Positions 1-500 of a DNA stretch of 500 nt are shown piece by piece. Origin of the DNA: Escherichia coli (GTDB taxonomy: Bacteria > Pseudomonadota > Gammaproteobacteria > Enterobacterales > Enterobacteriaceae); assembly GCF_003334335.1 (NCBI RefSeq), contig NZ_QOWQ01000182.1. One strand, written 5' to 3'. Position numbers and translations under genes: made by a program. The notes beneath the pieces were generated by a model. It did no database searches and was not told where the DNA came from. It worked only from the letters and a program-made list of their open reading frames with translations. How positions within the stretch are numbered: the stretch's first letter is position 1; every line of letters begins with the position of its first letter.

Positions 1-470
1 TCCGTATCCCAGACCGGCTGCACAAAGATTTCGCCGTTAAACGCATGAACGCCCACACCTTCACGGATAAATTCCGTGAACGTGCGTTTTCCTTCCACGT
101 CGATCTCGCCAAACATCCCTTCTGCGTATTCCGACCAGGCCGCCTCCACCTCATCGACAAAGCTTTTTGCTGCGGTCTCCCGCATCCCCAGCCAGCGCCA
201 GTTCGGACGGTAGCTGATCAGAAACATATGCCCGACAATGTGATCCTTATGCAGAGCCACCGCATTAGCCGCTATTCCGTTATTGCGCACCAGATCATCT
301 GCCCGGGCATTCCCCAGACGCAACGCGGGTAGCAGGGCCGCATCGGCACTCTGCGCCGGTGGCAACCACTCAGCCATTTGCCCGCCAAATCCTGCACCGC
401 CCCCGTTGTAGCTGAGACTCTCACGAAGCGGAACGCCGTTCACATCAATCAGGACAGGCGTTCGTTTCAT
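1..470 (-). CDS. Phage portal protein, lambda gpB family; N-terminal 156 codons, 3'-partial (continues past window position 1)
   Basis: Reverse-complement translation from the ATG complementary to + 468-470 is open to the window edge: MKRTPVLIDVNGVPLRESLSYNGGGAGFGGQMAEWLPPAQSADAALLPALRLGNARADDLVRNNGIAANAVALHKDHIVGHMFLISYRPNWRWLGMRETAAKSFVDEVEAAWSEYAEGMFGEIDVEGKRTFTEFIREGVGVHAFNGEIFVQPVWDT. By-eye alignment with the lambda gpB N-terminus (recalled from memory) shows long conserved blocks: GxGFGGQ, DAALLP, GNARADDLVRNNG, AANA, LHxDHIVG, EVEAAW, KRTFT, IREGV, HAFNGExFVQ, WDT. A GGAG Shine-Dalgarno sits 7 nt upstream of the ATG. Confidence 0.9.
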   Translation of the reverse strand, partial: MKRTPVLIDVNGVPLRESLSYNGGGAGFGGQMAEWLPPAQSADAALLPALRLGNARADDLVRNNGIAANAVALHKDHIVGHMFLISYRPNWRWLGMRETAAKSFVDEVEAAWSEYAEGMFGEIDVEGKRTFTEFIREGVGVHAFNGEIFVQPVWDT

Positions 471-500
471 AACCTCACTCCCAGCGGACGACGGCGACGC
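467..500 (-). CDS. C-terminal end (10 codons plus stop) of the upstream gene, probably a gpW-like head-tail joining/head completion protein; 5'-partial
   Basis: Minus-strand frame ending at the TGA complementary to + 467-469 reads ...RRRRPLGVRL*. The arginine run followed by a short hydrophobic tail resembles the lambda gpW C-terminus (...QRRRGPAGFYV, from memory). The position immediately upstream of the portal gene and the 4-nt ATGA stop/start overlap match lambda W/B organisation. Only 10 residues are visible, so the family assignment is tentative. Confidence 0.55.
   Translation of the reverse strand, partial: RRRRPLGVRL
478..481 (-). promoter_or_regulatory. Shine-Dalgarno (GGAG, within a GGGAGTGAGG purine-rich stretch) for the portal gene
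   Basis: Minus-strand sequence 5'-GGGAGTGAGGTTATG-3' (+ 468-482); the GGAG is separated from the ATG by 7 nt. It lies inside the 3' end of the upstream coding sequence, as expected for translationally coupled genes. Confidence 0.5.

Noticed and set aside
159-166. Palindrome AAAGCTTT (contains a HindIII site), followed by extra T residues
   Set aside because: It sits in the middle of the portal coding frame (the AKSF codons on the minus strand). It is too short and lacks a GC-rich stem for an intrinsic terminator, so it is a chance palindrome.
301-308. Palindrome GCCCGGGC (contains a SmaI/XmaI site)
   Set aside because: It is a short palindrome within coding sequence (the portal ARADD codons on the minus strand), with no flanking stem or T-tract. 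It is expected by chance in GC-rich DNA and is not a terminator or operator.
45-332. Supplied + strand ORF of 95 aa (MNAHTFTDKFRERAFSFHVDLAKHPFCVFRPGRLHLIDKAFCCGLPHPQPAPVRTVADQKHMPDNVILMQSHRISRYSVIAHQIICPGIPQTQRG)
   Set aside because: It lies entirely antisense to a strongly supported portal-protein CDS. Its translation is Cys/Pro/His-rich and low in complexity, with no recognisable family resemblance and no convincing Shine-Dalgarno upstream of its ATG. Open antisense frames of this length are common opposite GC-rich coding sequence.
471-500. Possible promoter or intergenic regulatory region upstream of the portal start
   Set aside because: The region is occupied by the open reading frame of the upstream gene, which ends in the ATGA overlap, and no -35/-10-like hexamers are evident. 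Phage late structural genes are normally transcribed from a distant late promoter.

Overview
The window is almost entirely coding on the minus strand and looks like an ordinary lambdoid phage or prophage head-morphogenesis junction, not a novel system. Minus strand 470..1 encodes the first 156 codons of a lambda-family portal protein (gpB-like), starting at the ATG complementary to + 468-470 and running off the window at position 1. Minus strand 500..467 encodes the last 10 codons of the upstream gene, whose basic C-terminus (RRRRPLGVRL*) resembles the end of lambda gpW (head-tail joining protein). Its TGA stop overlaps the portal ATG as ATGA, the same 4-nt overlap lambda has at W/B as I recall it. 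The supplied + strand ORF (45..332) is antisense to the portal gene and I regard it as spurious. All homology statements rest on my own translation and by-eye comparison with lambda proteins recalled from memory; no database search was run.
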